Of a stretch of 64,000 nt of DNA, positions 63,301-64,000 are shown one piece after another (the first letter of the stretch is position 1; each line of letters opens with the position of its first letter). This stretch comes from Asterias rubens. Its lineage: Eukaryota. The notes below the pieces were generated by a model. That model had not been told where the DNA came from. It worked only from the letters and a program-made list of their open reading frames with translations, and did not search any database. Both the position numbers and the translations under genes were made by a program. The DNA is taken from assembly GCF_902459465.1 (NCBI RefSeq), contig NC_047079.1, positions 186,001-250,000 of the forward strand. The letters are read 5' to 3'.

Positions 63301-64000
63301 ATTCATAACATACACTGAATACAATGTTGGTTTTCATCATTCAGAGCTGGTTTAGAGACATTTACACTAATATTCATAACATACTCTGAATACAATGTTG
63401 GTTTTCACCATTCAGAGCTGGTTTAGAGACATTTACACTAATATTCATAACATACTCTGAATACAATGTTGGTTTTCACCATTCAGAGCTGGTTTAGAGA
63501 CATTTACACTAATATTCATAACATACACTGAATACCATGTTTGTTTTCATCATTCAGAGCTGGTTTAGAGACATTTACACTAATATTCATAACATACTCT
63601 GAATACAATGTTGGTTTTCATCATTCAGAGCTGGTTTAGAGACATTTACACTAATATTCATAACATACACTGAATTAAATGTTGGTTTTCATCATTCAGA
63701 GCTGGTTTAGAGATATTTACACTAATATTCATAACATACTCTGAATACAATGTTGGTTTTCATCATTCAGAGCTGGTTTAGAGACATTTACACTAATATT
63801 CATAACATACTCTGAATACAATGTTGGTTTTCATCATTCAGAGCTGGTTTAGAGATATTTACACTAATATTCATAACATACACTGAATACAACAATTGTT
63901 TGTTTTCATCATTCAGAGCTGGTTTAGAGACATTTACACTAATATTCATAACATACTCTGAATACAATGTTGGTTTTCACCATTCAGAGCTGGTTTAGAG
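60386..64000. repeat. 71-bp tandem satellite, ~51 copies to the window end, in anoctamin intron 3
   Basis: Unit CATTCAGAGCTGGTTTAGAGACATTTACACTAATATTCATAACATACACTGAATACAATGTTGGTTTTCAT; period 71 (e.g. 60421 to 60492). Confidence 0.98.

Noticed and set aside
60386-64000. Regular direct repeats that might be read as a CRISPR array
   Set aside because: Monomers are contiguous with no unique spacers, there are no cas genes, and the context is a eukaryotic intron.

Overview
AT-rich, intron-rich animal genomic DNA, not prokaryotic. The repeat landscape resembles an echinoderm, probably a sea star such as Asterias (inference). Six protein-coding genes were reconstructed by hand from GT-AG junctions with consistent phase: (1) a signal-peptide + JmjC/cupin + EF-hand-like protein ending in HEDL (minus, 9 coding exons, ~559 aa); (2) UBE2J2 (plus, 5 exons), head-to-head with (1); (3) a GPI-type 12-Cys Ly6/uPAR three-finger protein (minus, 3 exons, 124 aa); (4) a ~513-aa Ser/Lys-rich protein whose last exon is an SVBP-like domain (minus); (5) NIP7 (plus, 5 exons, 180 aa), head-to-head with (4); (6) the first three coding exons of an anoctamin/TMEM16 (plus, continues past the window). 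Introns and intergenic DNA hold a near-intact CR1/L2-group LINE, RTE, L2, DIRS and Penelope-like fragments, tRNA-derived SINEs and many MITE families, many flanked by TTAA. The window ends in a 71-bp satellite with an exact 22-monomer (1566 bp) higher-order duplication. The best leads are the putative ER-luminal JmjC/EF-hand oxygenase, the long SVBP-domain protein, a triplicated splice donor in UBE2J2 and the satellite higher-order repeat. All gene models are manual and lack transcript support.
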